This document shows, piece by piece, positions 17,146 through 25,320 of a stretch of 39,158 nucleotides of DNA. Position 1 is the first letter of the stretch. Each line of letters starts with the position of its first letter. The translations under genes and the position numbers were made by a program. A model generated the notes under the pieces. It saw only the letters and a program-made list of their open reading frames with translations, was not told the origin of the DNA and ran no database searches. This DNA is from an uncultured bacterium (GTDB lineage Bacteria; Cyanobacteriota; Vampirovibrionia; LMEP-6097): contig CAIYXB010000079.1 in assembly GCA_903930015.1 (NCBI GenBank), positions 1 through 39,158 of the forward strand, given 5' to 3'.

Positions 17146-19004
17146 GCAGCTAAAAGATTATTCCTAATACTACCTTTATTGTCTAAATAATATTTTGAAT
17201 TTCGTAAAGAACTTATGTAAGGATGAACAACTTTGTACTGATCAGCTCTCTTTCTATCGGCTTCTTTTTTTGATCTTTTTGGCTCAGCTAACAAAGTTAA
17301 CTTAGGAGCCCAGATTGTCTTAAAGGCATCCACAGCACCTTTCGTCTCTTCTTTATAAGCAACAATGTCCTGAATATGCCAATTACCCCAGTTCCTCATA
17401 AATTTAAAAATTTTATCTCTTGATTCTTTAAAGACATCAAGTTTAACTAATTCTGTTTTAAAGGCTTTGTCATCAAGTGATTTGTTCTCTAGCAAAGCTT
17501 TCAGTCCAGTTATAGGATTCGCTTCTGCTTTTTTTAGGGAGCTTTGAATATCATTCTCTAAAGAAGTTATAATATCCCTGAACTTAATCAATGCAGTATT
17601 AATTTTTTCAGGATTAGGAATTTCCATTACATGATCTTTATATAACTTATCTCTATCTACAACACCCTCAGCAACAAACCAATTTATCAATACTTGTGAA
17701 ACAACAGCATCAAATACATCATTAACATCATTTTGAGTAGCGTAACGCAGCATTCTTTCAGATAAAACAAAATCCCTAATTACATTAATAAGCCTATGTT
17801 GAATTTTATCTCCAAATTTATTTGTGTCCGCAAAATCAATCAAAGCTTGAATATCAACTCTCATTTCTTCAAAAGCTGCTGATTCAAAATAGTCTTTTAA
17901 AAAATAACCAACATCTTTTATTGTTCTTGGTTGCAGCCTCTGATCACCTGGCAATGCAATTTCAGCATCAGAATTTACTCTAGGAATCTCTCCAGTTCGA
18001 TGCAAATCCTCGTGACGAGTTAACCAAAAAGAACTTGCCTTAAAAATATCTGAAGGAAGAACATCCTTGAGTGTAGCAAAAGTATTTTTAGCAACTCTTG
18101 AAATATTACTTAAAGCATTCGATGAACTTTCATGAGCAGAAGTAAATAAATTTCCTATAGCAACATTCAATTTAGTTACAAAAGTATTACCGTTATCAAT
18201 CAATGGATTTAACAGCTTAGTTGTAAATTTTTTAAATCGATTGTAAAAAAAATCTGCTTTATAAAGAGTAAATGAATTGGGATTAACTTCACCTACATGC
18301 GCTTCAGGAAACAATCCCACCAAGCTCGGATTTTTCATTTCAAGGCTTGAATTAGTAGATTGTGAGACTCTTGATTTTGAACCTTCTAGGAGAAATTTTT
18401 CTAGAAACATCTTATCAATAGATTTCCAACCAATTACGGGTACATGCATATTTTTGATAAATGGGATTTTAAATAAACTGAAAATAAAATTCGTATCTAA
18501 TTGATCAAATACAGCTCTTGTACGACTAAAATCACCAATCTTTGAATCTTTAACTGCTACTTGAAACATAGGGTGAGATAAAAATTCATATTTTTTTCTT
18601 TGATCAACAGATAAAGATTTTGAAATATGATTATCACTGTGTAGATCAAAATGTGCTTCAAATATTTTTTGAAATTCTCCCTGCAACTCTCTTTTTAAGC
18701 GAATCTCTTTATCAATTAGCTGGCCCTTATCTAATGTATTAGCTAAGCTATCATAAACAGCTTGTAGCTCAGCTGCTTTATCATCGATGAGAGTGTTTGC
18801 TTTTATAGTTAACTCATCAAGCACTTTAAAATTTTCTTTACTTAAATGTAATCCAGCAAATTTTGGCACTGGCACATGTAAAATACCTGAATCAGGCTCA
18901 ATAATTTTTTTTCTTACTGAAGGCTGAAGTCCCAAATCACTTACAATCTCAAGAGGGTGAACTGAGGGAGTATTTCTTTTTAAACTAGTAATTGCTGTAA
19001 CCAT
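17142..19004 (-). CDS. hypothetical protein (620 aa), no recognisable domain
   Basis: Long uninterrupted ORF. Stop codons overlap convergently with the LuxR-type gene. Confidence 0.5.
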   Translation of the reverse strand: MVTAITSLKRNTPSVHPLEIVSDLGLQPSVRKKIIEPDSGILHVPVPKFAGLHLSKENFKVLDELTIKANTLIDDKAAELQAVYDSLANTLDKGQLIDKEIRLKRELQGEFQKIFEAHFDLHSDNHISKSLSVDQRKKYEFLSHPMFQVAVKDSKIGDFSRTRAVFDQLDTNFIFSLFKIPFIKNMHVPVIGWKSIDKMFLEKFLLEGSKSRVSQSTNSSLEMKNPSLVGLFPEAHVGEVNPNSFTLYKADFFYNRFKKFTTKLLNPLIDNGNTFVTKLNVAIGNLFTSAHESSSNALSNISRVAKNTFATLKDVLPSDIFKASSFWLTRHEDLHRTGEIPRVNSDAEIALPGDQRLQPRTIKDVGYFLKDYFESAAFEEMRVDIQALIDFADTNKFGDKIQHRLINVIRDFVLSERMLRYATQNDVNDVFDAVVSQVLINWFVAEGVVDRDKLYKDHVMEIPNPEKINTALIKFRDIITSLENDIQSSLKKAEANPITGLKALLENKSLDDKAFKTELVKLDVFKESRDKIFKFMRNWGNWHIQDIVAYKEETKGAVDAFKTIWAPKLTLLAEPKRSKKEADRKRADQYKVVHPYISSLRNSKYYLDNKGSIRNNLLAA

Positions 19005-19081
19005 TAATTATTACTAAAGAACATTATATAAGAAGTTAACTAATTACACTAATATTTATTATTTTGATATAATTTAATTAA

Positions 19082-20029
19082 ATGGAATCAAAATTAGAGA
19101 TAAAAAATGACTTCTGGGGAGAACTTGATCTTGACGGTGTAATAACAATAGCATCAAGACTAAAAAGGTTATCTGATCTTTTTTATCAACAAGTACAAGA
19201 AGTATATGATTCAAGATTAAGAAGTTTTAAAACCTCCTGGTTTTCGGTACTAGCAACAATCAAAAGAGAAGGTGTTATTGATTTTAAAACTCTTGCAGAT
19301 AAAAACAATGTTTCAAACTCTGCAATTTCGCAAGTAATAAGAGAATTAGAAAACAAGGAACTTGTTGATATTAAAATTGGATTAGATAAAAGATCAAGAT
19401 TAATTTCATTAACTCCAAAGGGAGATAAAATACTTAGCAGTATAATTCCTGACTTAATTGATATCGAATCTGTACTTAAAGATATTTTAGGTAGAGATGG
19501 ATCTTTTTTAATAAAAGTCTTGGATAAAACAGAATACAAACTTAGAAAAAGTTCTTTCTTCGATATGCTTGAAATTTCAATTGATAAATATAATACAAAG
19601 GATAAAGATTCGTTTAGAGAGCTTAATATGGAGTGGATAAATGAATATTTTGGCTCATGTGAAGATTTTGATATTAGTTTTTTTGAAAGACCTGAAGACT
19701 TTACCTTCAACAAAGGGGGTTTTATATTACTTGCCAAGCAGAATGATAAAGTTATTGGAAGTATCGCACTTATACCTGAATCAAAGACAAGTTTAGAAAT
19801 AGCAAAATTAACTACACATAAAGACTTTAGAAGAAGAGGCATAGCACAAAAACTTTTAGACTCAGCAATTATTTTTACCCAAGCAAATTCTTACAAACAA
19901 ATTACGGCTCATTCTAATACTTGTTTAAAAGAAGCTCAAAAATTTTACGAGAAAAATAAATTTGAATCTAAACCATATCAAGATGATAGATATAATAGAG
20001 TAGATGTTATATACTCAAAGAAGATTTGA
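19082..20029 (+). CDS. MarR-type HTH / GNAT N-acetyltransferase fusion protein
   Basis: Winged-helix segment (VSNSAISQVIRELENKELV...DKRSRLISLTPKG). C-terminal GNAT motif A (HKDFRRRGIAQKLLDSAI). Confidence 0.75.
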   Translation: MESKLEIKNDFWGELDLDGVITIASRLKRLSDLFYQQVQEVYDSRLRSFKTSWFSVLATIKREGVIDFKTLADKNNVSNSAISQVIRELENKELVDIKIGLDKRSRLISLTPKGDKILSSIIPDLIDIESVLKDILGRDGSFLIKVLDKTEYKLRKSSFFDMLEISIDKYNTKDKDSFRELNMEWINEYFGSCEDFDISFFERPEDFTFNKGGFILLAKQNDKVIGSIALIPESKTSLEIAKLTTHKDFRRRGIAQKLLDSAIIFTQANSYKQITAHSNTCLKEAQKFYEKNKFESKPYQDDRYNRVDVIYSKKI

Positions 20030-20046
20030 CTAGGAATAAGTAATCT

Positions 20047-21237
20047 ATGGTAAGTGCTACAATTCCCGAAATTCAAACAGGTATTCCAGTTATTAGGGAT
20101 TTTCATAATGTCCCTAGAACTCAGGTAGTTACTACTCAAATCGATGAAAAAAGAGTAATAGGGAAGGGACTTGCCAAACAAACTCTTAGATTTGATTACC
20201 AAACGGAGGACCTGAAATTTTTTTTAGGAGAAGATGGTTTTAATCAATTTATATCTCAACTAGAAAAACAAAATCCAGATAAAGCAATTTCACAAACTGA
20301 TTACGATGTTGCTTTTTTAAAGTATCTTACTATCTCTTCTAACAATCAATTAGAAAAAGGGCTTGGTTCACTCAAAGATATCGCAAACAAAGTGATGAGT
20401 CAAGTACCAAGCTTATTAATCTATAGTGCTGGGCAGGAGGTTCAAGATCTTTTTGAACACCAACCGAGATTAACTCAAAAAGCAATTGAATATTTAGTTC
20501 TTGATGATGAAAGATCTGGACTCGCAAGTCAATTCAAAGATTTCAATAAATCAACTAATTACAATATCACTTCTGATGCTAAAAGAGAATTATTTTACGA
20601 ATTAGCAATGAGGGTACTTAGAGCTAAAGTAATTAAAGCTTGGACAAACCCTAAAGTAGAGAGCCAAGATCAACTATATCAAGCAAGGTCAGAGGCTTTA
20701 AAACAAATTCAATTAATAGAAAAGGGAAAAGAAACTAGTATGCTTACATCAAGAAGTAATAAAGCTTTAACTCTAGCTCAATTGCTTGCTGTGTCTGCAA
20801 TAGTTTTAGCTGGGTTGAATGGAATATTAGGTAAACAAGTAACTGATCTTAATCAAGTGGTTGGTGATAAACAGCTTGAACTTGAACAAAGACGAGGTTT
20901 ATCTATATTACAAGGGGATACTATTCCAACCTCAACACAAGAACAAGCACTTAAAGCGCTCACCCCAACCGAGCAACAATTCTTTAGGGATCTATCGAAT
21001 GAATTAATTAAGCAAGCAAAATTAAGATTTCCAAATGAAACTAAACGTGAATTTTCTTTTCTACTAGGTAAACTAGAACAAGATAAAATCAAAATGATAT
21101 TAAAAAATGAAGGCAGGATTCATTTCACGATACCTATACGTACATTCCAGGAATTATACAATAAATCAACAGTCATATCAACAGAAACTAGTCCAATAGA
21201 AAGACTTATTTTAGAGTTACCTAAATATTTAAATTAA
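20047..21237 (+). CDS. hypothetical protein with one central TM helix
   Basis: Long ORF. TM segment LTLAQLLAVSAIVLAGLNGIL. No domain recognised. Confidence 0.45.
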   Translation: MVSATIPEIQTGIPVIRDFHNVPRTQVVTTQIDEKRVIGKGLAKQTLRFDYQTEDLKFFLGEDGFNQFISQLEKQNPDKAISQTDYDVAFLKYLTISSNNQLEKGLGSLKDIANKVMSQVPSLLIYSAGQEVQDLFEHQPRLTQKAIEYLVLDDERSGLASQFKDFNKSTNYNITSDAKRELFYELAMRVLRAKVIKAWTNPKVESQDQLYQARSEALKQIQLIEKGKETSMLTSRSNKALTLAQLLAVSAIVLAGLNGILGKQVTDLNQVVGDKQLELEQRRGLSILQGDTIPTSTQEQALKALTPTEQQFFRDLSNELIKQAKLRFPNETKREFSFLLGKLEQDKIKMILKNEGRIHFTIPIRTFQELYNKSTVISTETSPIERLILELPKYLN

Positions 21238-21649
21238 CACTTCCCAATTTCTTCCTTTTACAATGAATTGGATCATTAGGAACTGCATCACAATACGTTG
21301 GAGCACCACAACATGGATTCCAAGTATAAGGTGAATCACAGCCGTAAGGACAATCATCATCATCTACTCCATAAAAAGAAGGTGTTGTAATAAGTTTTAA
21401 CAAACTAGATTCATTCTGATAATTTCCAACCAATTCATCTATAGCAGATTTAAAAGCTCCGCCTAATCTTTTTGTAAATTTAGCGTCTTGTGTTGCAGAC
21501 TCAATACAAACAGTGACAAGAGGATTTCTTCCGATTGTCTTACAATTAGTTTCAGCAAAAGTTAAAACATTGGATTTCTTAAAACTTTGTGCAAAAACAG
21601 CGATTTGAAAAATCACTAAAACGGGTAATATAAATTTTAAAAACTTCAT
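21221..21649 (-). CDS. small secreted cysteine-rich protein
   Basis: Signal peptide MKFLKFILPVLVIFQIAVFA. AGGAGG Shine-Dalgarno. Cys-rich C-terminus (DDDDCPYGCDSPYTWNPCCGAPTYCD...HCK). Confidence 0.5.
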   Translation of the reverse strand: MKFLKFILPVLVIFQIAVFAQSFKKSNVLTFAETNCKTIGRNPLVTVCIESATQDAKFTKRLGGAFKSAIDELVGNYQNESSLLKLITTPSFYGVDDDDCPYGCDSPYTWNPCCGAPTYCDAVPNDPIHCKRKKLGSVNLNI

Positions 21650-22226
21650 CCTAAGTCCTCCTAAAGACTCACCCCAGTGACTACCCCTAGGTAAATTACT
21701 TGTCGGACGAATTAAAATAAATCTAGAATAAAATACATTAGTACTTAATTAATTTTTTTTAATAGTTAAAAATGGGGTTTTTTCTTAGCAATGCCTTTGA
21801 ATGAGTTACGTTCACTAATCAAATCGATGCGGCTAAGTCTTTGTAAAAAAAGAAAGGTGTTTATAGTAACGGCAGTAACTTCATCTCTGTCGGTATTCGA
21901 AATGCTATTTCTCTTTTTTGGGTTTACAAAAATTATCTTTTTGTTTTGCATGAGTGGGGGACCTGCCTTTTGGTTTCTATAAACACCTGGGTGTTCACCC
22001 TTCAATATCGGTTAAGTGCTTAACTAAATGAATTAATCATTTCTTATAAAAGAATAAAAAAAATCCTTATTTTACAAGGGTTTTTCAGAATTAATTTCGC
22101 AAATACGAAGACACTATTACAAAAATATGTGTAATAGTGTTGAAGAGAAAATCTCAAATTTCAAAAATGCGCAAGTTTCCTTGTGAATTTAGGATTTACA
22201 AAAAGTTATGTTGAAATTATTTAATA

Positions 22227-22360
22227 AATAGACATCTTGCGAAACATCGTTTCGCAGTAGATGTCGCCCGAAAAAAGGTCGCAACGACGCCACTCTTCGG
22301 AAGTTGCGCTAAGGATAATTCCGACTTTCACAAAAGGTCTAATGAGTATCTAACTTAAGA
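22227..22360 (-). repeat. unit U copy B (reverse complement of 14987-15118)
   Basis: Hand alignment shows only a handful of differences over about 132 nt. Contains the gacatct...agatgtc and gcgaaac...gtttcgc nested hairpins. Confidence 0.65.
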
Positions 22361-22363
22361 AAA

Positions 22364-22580
22364 TGGTACCGGTATCTGGGTTTCGCCCGGACTGTGTGTG
22401 CCGCCCCGCTCGAAGATACATAGGAAAAATAGTATAGGCGTAGCTGCCGACTTTTAGGAGGCAGATGCGCCTATACTAATTCTTCTAGCTGTAGTTTGTG
22501 AGCTTGCGAGCAAACTACAAGTGAGTGTCTTCGAGCGGGGCGGCACACACAGTCCGGGCGAAACCCAGATACCGGTACCA
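22364..22580. repeat. 217-bp palindromic element: perfect 53-bp inverted arms enclosing two hairpins
   Basis: 22364-22416 is the exact reverse complement of 22528-22580 (checked base by base; 34/53 are G/C). Inner hairpins are 22430-22440/22468-22478 (11 bp) and 22490-22498/22511-22519 (9 bp). Confidence 0.75.
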
Positions 22581-22786
22581 CTCTGACAACCGAATACGCT
22601 TTGGCTTTAAGCCAGCCCTCGGCTTCGCTTCGCTCAGCCTCGGGCGTCTCGCGCTAACAAGTGAGACTACAGTGTTAAAGAGCTGCTTCTTTAAGTTTGA
22701 TTGTAATTTTTGTCTGAAATTTTACAGGGCTGCTGCAGCTGTCAGTCAGCAGAGCTGAAAAATTTCAGACAAAAAATCATAGGGAA
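22573..22786 (+). repeat. repeat X' (left inverted repeat of the island)
   Basis: 22573-22658 equals the reverse complement of 30986-31071 with 1 mismatch. Lower-identity homology with an indel of about 22 nt continues to about 22786. Contains an 11-bp perfect stem (22712-22722/22760-22770). Confidence 0.7.
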
Positions 22787-22831
22787 TGCAAGGAGGCGAA
22801 GCCGACGCGCTAGTCTTCATTGCGCAGCAAT

Positions 22832-22983
22832 TTGAGTGAGCCCGTAGGGCGAGCGAATATATTACTGCAATACGAGAAACCCTAAAGTGCCACTTTAGGG
22901 TTATACACAAGCCTTTATCTCAGCGTGCGGAGCGAGACCTAGGCTCGCGGACTCCTGAACAAGGGTGAATTTCTAGCTACGAC
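22832..22983 (+). repeat. repeat Y copy 1 ending in the Z motif (22964-22983)
   Basis: Direct repeat of 25321-25470, clearly alignable by eye over about 150 nt with numerous substitutions. Conserved hairpins ccctaaagt/actttaggg and gcgag/ctcgc. Confidence 0.6.
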
Positions 22984-23178
22984 CGTATTCCATCAGAATT
23001 ACCACTCATAGGTTGGAAGCGAGACAAACAAATAATTACAAGGTCTTTGATATTTTTTTTCTAAACAATTCAATGAAAGTTGATGTCTTTGCTTTTATGA
23101 AGTGAGACTGAAGGGCTCACGGAACCAATCTGAGACGCTAGACTCAGATTGCAAAAACCTATTCAATTTGTATATTAA

Positions 23179-23913
23179 TTAATGTATACGTCTCCAACGT
23201 TTAAAAGCCTTGACCTCAGTAGAATTTAAACCAAACCACTCACCATTTTTTCTTTTATCCACAAAACGCTTATGCCAGTATGCTTCTATGCCGCTTGGAT
23301 CGTCAGTTTTGATTACATGAACCAATTTAAGATCTTCAGGCATTTGAACTCTCAATTCCTTTCCTCGCTGAACAGAATCTTTACTTTTACCAATTTTGTA
23401 CTCGTTACGATTACCGTGTTTATAAAGATATACTTCTCCTACTTCCAAACTAGTATCAGTTCCATTTATATCTTGTTCACGGGAAGATGTTTTTATCACT
23501 GGCTCACAAAATTCTAAAATATCTTCATAACTATTTTTATCACTACAATATTCTATTATTTTTGATGCAAGATGTTGTTTTGAGCCATAACGATTTTCAT
23601 AAGTTGATTTGTAAGGAAATTTATCGTTACTACATGCTTCCAACCTAATCTCTGAGGCAGTGGGAAATTTATTTAATTTACGCATTAGTTCAATAAATTT
23701 CTCAATAAGAAATTTATCGCTATATGCTCCCTGCAAAGAATTGGGAGTAAATCCTGCTTCTGTAATCGCGTCTGAAAACTTAGCCCAATGTTTTTGCCAA
23801 TCATAGCGTTTAATACCAATTTCTTTTTCAAACTTTGCCATACCTAATGGCTTGCCACCATTTGACTCTGTGGTTCTTTTTATCTCAGCTAAAATCTCTT
23901 CTTTACCTATCAA
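23179..23913 (-). CDS. T5orf172 (GIY-YIG-like, MUG113-type) domain protein with two N-terminal homing-endonuclease-associated-like repeats
   Basis: C-terminus VYLYKHGNRNEYKIGKSKDSVQRGKEL...IEAYWHKRF...NGEWFGL. TTG start preceded by AAGGAGA, which overlaps the ImmA stop codon. Confidence 0.6.
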   Translation of the reverse strand: MIGKEEILAEIKRTTESNGGKPLGMAKFEKEIGIKRYDWQKHWAKFSDAITEAGFTPNSLQGAYSDKFLIEKFIELMRKLNKFPTASEIRLEACSNDKFPYKSTYENRYGSKQHLASKIIEYCSDKNSYEDILEFCEPVIKTSSREQDINGTDTSLEVGEVYLYKHGNRNEYKIGKSKDSVQRGKELRVQMPEDLKLVHVIKTDDPSGIEAYWHKRFVDKRKNGEWFGLNSTEVKAFKRWRRIH

Positions 23914-23924
23914 ATGGTTCTCCT

Positions 23925-24425
23925 TTAATTGCTTTTAAATATTTTGTGATTATACACATGCCACCAAGCTGCATCTTTACTAACATTGTAAAGTCTAGCT
24001 AAACTTTCAACATCTCCATCCAGCTTTTCATAATCTTGCTTAAATGAATCAATAGGCATAAGTAACTCAGCAGCAAACTGGTTTGCCTCTACTTCCTTTG
24101 GATCATCATTGCAAAAATCTAATTTTGTTTCAGAGTCTGCATGTCCTAGAATGACATGACCTAATTCATGCGCAACAGTAAATCTTTGTCTAACTATAGA
24201 TTTTTTGTTGTTATAACCAATAATGGCTCTACCATTTTCAAAAAAATGAAGACCGTCAATGCTTCCCAAATCCCTTGCGTGAATCTCTACATTCATAGTC
24301 TTACGTACTTGTTTGATAATTTCATTAAGAACTATAGGGGCAGATTTTAAGCCAGTCTGCTCCAGTAATTTTTTAGCAAACTGCTTTGCAATTTTAATTC
24401 TTGCTTTATTCTCTTCTTCAATCAT
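23925..24425 (-). CDS. ImmA/IrrE-family zinc metallopeptidase
   Basis: HELGHVILGH motif followed downstream by EVEANQFAAELLMP. ATGA overlap with the XRE gene. Confidence 0.85.
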   Translation of the reverse strand: MIEEENKARIKIAKQFAKKLLEQTGLKSAPIVLNEIIKQVRKTMNVEIHARDLGSIDGLHFFENGRAIIGYNNKKSIVRQRFTVAHELGHVILGHADSETKLDFCNDDPKEVEANQFAAELLMPIDSFKQDYEKLDGDVESLARLYNVSKDAAWWHVYNHKIFKSN

Positions 24426-24769
24426 TTATTCTGGCTTTTTACAAACTCAATGAAATCTAATATTTTGTCCCTATCTTTGGGTTTCAATTGTGAAAGTTCT
24501 TTATCTTTACGAAAAACTAATTTGAAATCTAAGTCTTCAAGATCTTCTGATTTGCCTAAAAAGAAATTAATATCCCTATGCAGCACCTCTGCAATAGTTT
24601 CTAAATCTTCCACTGAAACTTTTCTATTCCCAGACTCAATCAATGAAATTGCAGTACCAGATTCAAAGCCTAATAATTCTGCTAATCTTTTTTGTGATAT
24701 TTCTGCGGACTCTCTTGCTTCTTTAATTCTAGCCCCAATAAGTTTATACTTATTATCATCGCTTTTCAT
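24422..24769 (-). CDS. XRE/Cro-cI-family HTH repressor
   Basis: IGARIKEARESAEISQKRLAELLGFESGTAISLIESGNRKVSVEDLETIAEVL. Confidence 0.85.
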   Translation of the reverse strand: MKSDDNKYKLIGARIKEARESAEISQKRLAELLGFESGTAISLIESGNRKVSVEDLETIAEVLHRDINFFLGKSEDLEDLDFKLVFRKDKELSQLKPKDRDKILDFIEFVKSQNK

Positions 24770-24775
24770 ATTGAA

Positions 24776-24842
24776 ATTATAGACTTTTCAAAAAGTGTTG
24801 ACAAGTCCTTATCAAAATGATAAGCTAGGGTTATCAAAGTGA
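24776..24842. promoter_or_regulatory. back-to-back promoters with overlapping -35 boxes, plus palindromic operator sites
   Basis: Plus strand: TTGACA (24798-24803), 17 nt, TAAGCT (24821-24826). Minus strand: TTGTCA (24804-24799), 17 nt, TATAAT (24781-24776), ending 6 nt before the XRE ATG. Palindrome CTTATCAAAATGATAAG at 24808-24824 and half-site TTATCAAAGTGA at 24831-24842. Confidence 0.5.
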
Positions 24843-24885
24843 GGCACACGTGTGTTTCACAAGAAAACTAGAGGAAATTAGAATA

Positions 24886-25167
24886 ATGGCAAATTATGAA
24901 ATAAAATGTATTAACAAAATTGATAGAAATGATCCTACTGAAAGAATCCAACGTGTTGGTGGTTATAGCAACGGCTCGAATTGGAAAATTACTGTCGCAG
25001 AAGCTATTGGTTACATAGAAAGTAAGCAACATAGTTTTTATGTAACTAAAAATGGTAAAACCGTATGGGTCATTGTCGCTGTGAGTAGATATGGAAACAA
25101 ATATATTAAAACCGAAGCTGATGGTAACGAGCCAAATAACCTGCTCAGCTTGCCAGAGTGTGTATAA
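24886..25167 (+). CDS. DUF3892-like small protein
   Basis: Start placed at the ATG at 24886 (GAGGA upstream). C-terminal ...TEADGNEPNNLLSLPEC matches my memory of the DUF3892 signature. Confidence 0.55.
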   Translation: MANYEIKCINKIDRNDPTERIQRVGGYSNGSNWKITVAEAIGYIESKQHSFYVTKNGKTVWVIVAVSRYGNKYIKTEADGNEPNNLLSLPECV

Positions 25168-25172
25168 ATGGT

Positions 25173-25238
25173 ATGACAGTAAAATACTTCATCTATGCTC
25201 GCAAGTCTTCCGACTCAGAAGATAGACAAGTGCTTTCT
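25173..25238 (+). pseudogene. displaced 5' stub (first about 22 codons) of a paralogous large serine recombinase gene
   Basis: MTVKYFIYARKSSDSEDRQVLS compared with MQYFLYARKSSESEDRQMLS of the intact gene at 29457. Most nucleotides match by eye, including an identical 15-mer TCAGAAGATAGACAA (25215-25229 = 29493-29507). Homology stops at about 25238. Starts 5 nt after the DUF3892 stop. Confidence 0.7.
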
Positions 25239-25248
25239 GAACCTTGGA

Positions 25249-25311
25249 GTCGTAGCTATAAATTCACCCATTCTTCGGCTTTAACTAAAAAGGTGAATTT
25301 CTAGATACGAC
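25249..25311. repeat. inverted pair of Z motifs (20-nt arms, 2 mismatches, 23-nt loop containing CTTCGG)
   Basis: gtcgtagctataaattcacc (25249-25268) against ggtgaatttctagatacgac (25292-25311). Confidence 0.6.
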
Positions 25312-25320
25312 CCAATTGTC

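Noticed and set aside
19186-19842. 218-aa minus-strand ORF, along with similar antisense ORFs (30-239, 468-674, 2818-3027, 3077-3403, 3610-3792, 3881-4072, 4698-4961, 6170-6427, 8252-8488, 12089-12304, 13290-13493, 13686-14102, 14376-14687, 16148-16405, 18277-18504, 19978-20202, 20853-21092, 23272-23517, 24168-24350, 24450-24782, 29598-29849, 30252-30518, 32260-32442, 32704-32940, 34654-34920)
   Set aside because: These are shadow ORFs antisense to, or nested in, ORFs with recognisable domains or much longer reading frames. They have low-complexity Ser/Leu/Phe/Ile-rich composition typical of the antisense strand of AT-rich genes.
21956-21967. B12-box-like string gggggacctgcc suggesting a cobalamin riboswitch
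   Set aside because: The other conserved cobalamin-riboswitch elements (the GGGAA, GGTGAAAATCC and GCCACTG-type segments) are not present upstream. The neighbouring genes have no link to cobalamin.
21766-22005. 79-aa minus-strand ORF and overlapping 63-aa plus-strand ORF (21791-21982)
   Set aside because: The two are mutually antisense with no Shine-Dalgarno and no recognisable domain. The region is better explained as a structured untranslated or repeat region. Coding cannot be fully excluded.
22364-22580. Retron msr/msd-like interpretation of the long palindrome
   Set aside because: No reverse transcriptase gene is present anywhere in the window. A perfect 53-bp stem with matching termini fits a DNA-level inverted repeat better.
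22525-22758. 77-aa plus-strand ORF in the ORF track
   Set aside because: It spans the right arm of the 53-bp palindrome and repeat X'. The homologous copy X does not preserve this frame. It is interpreted as a translation artefact of structured repeats.
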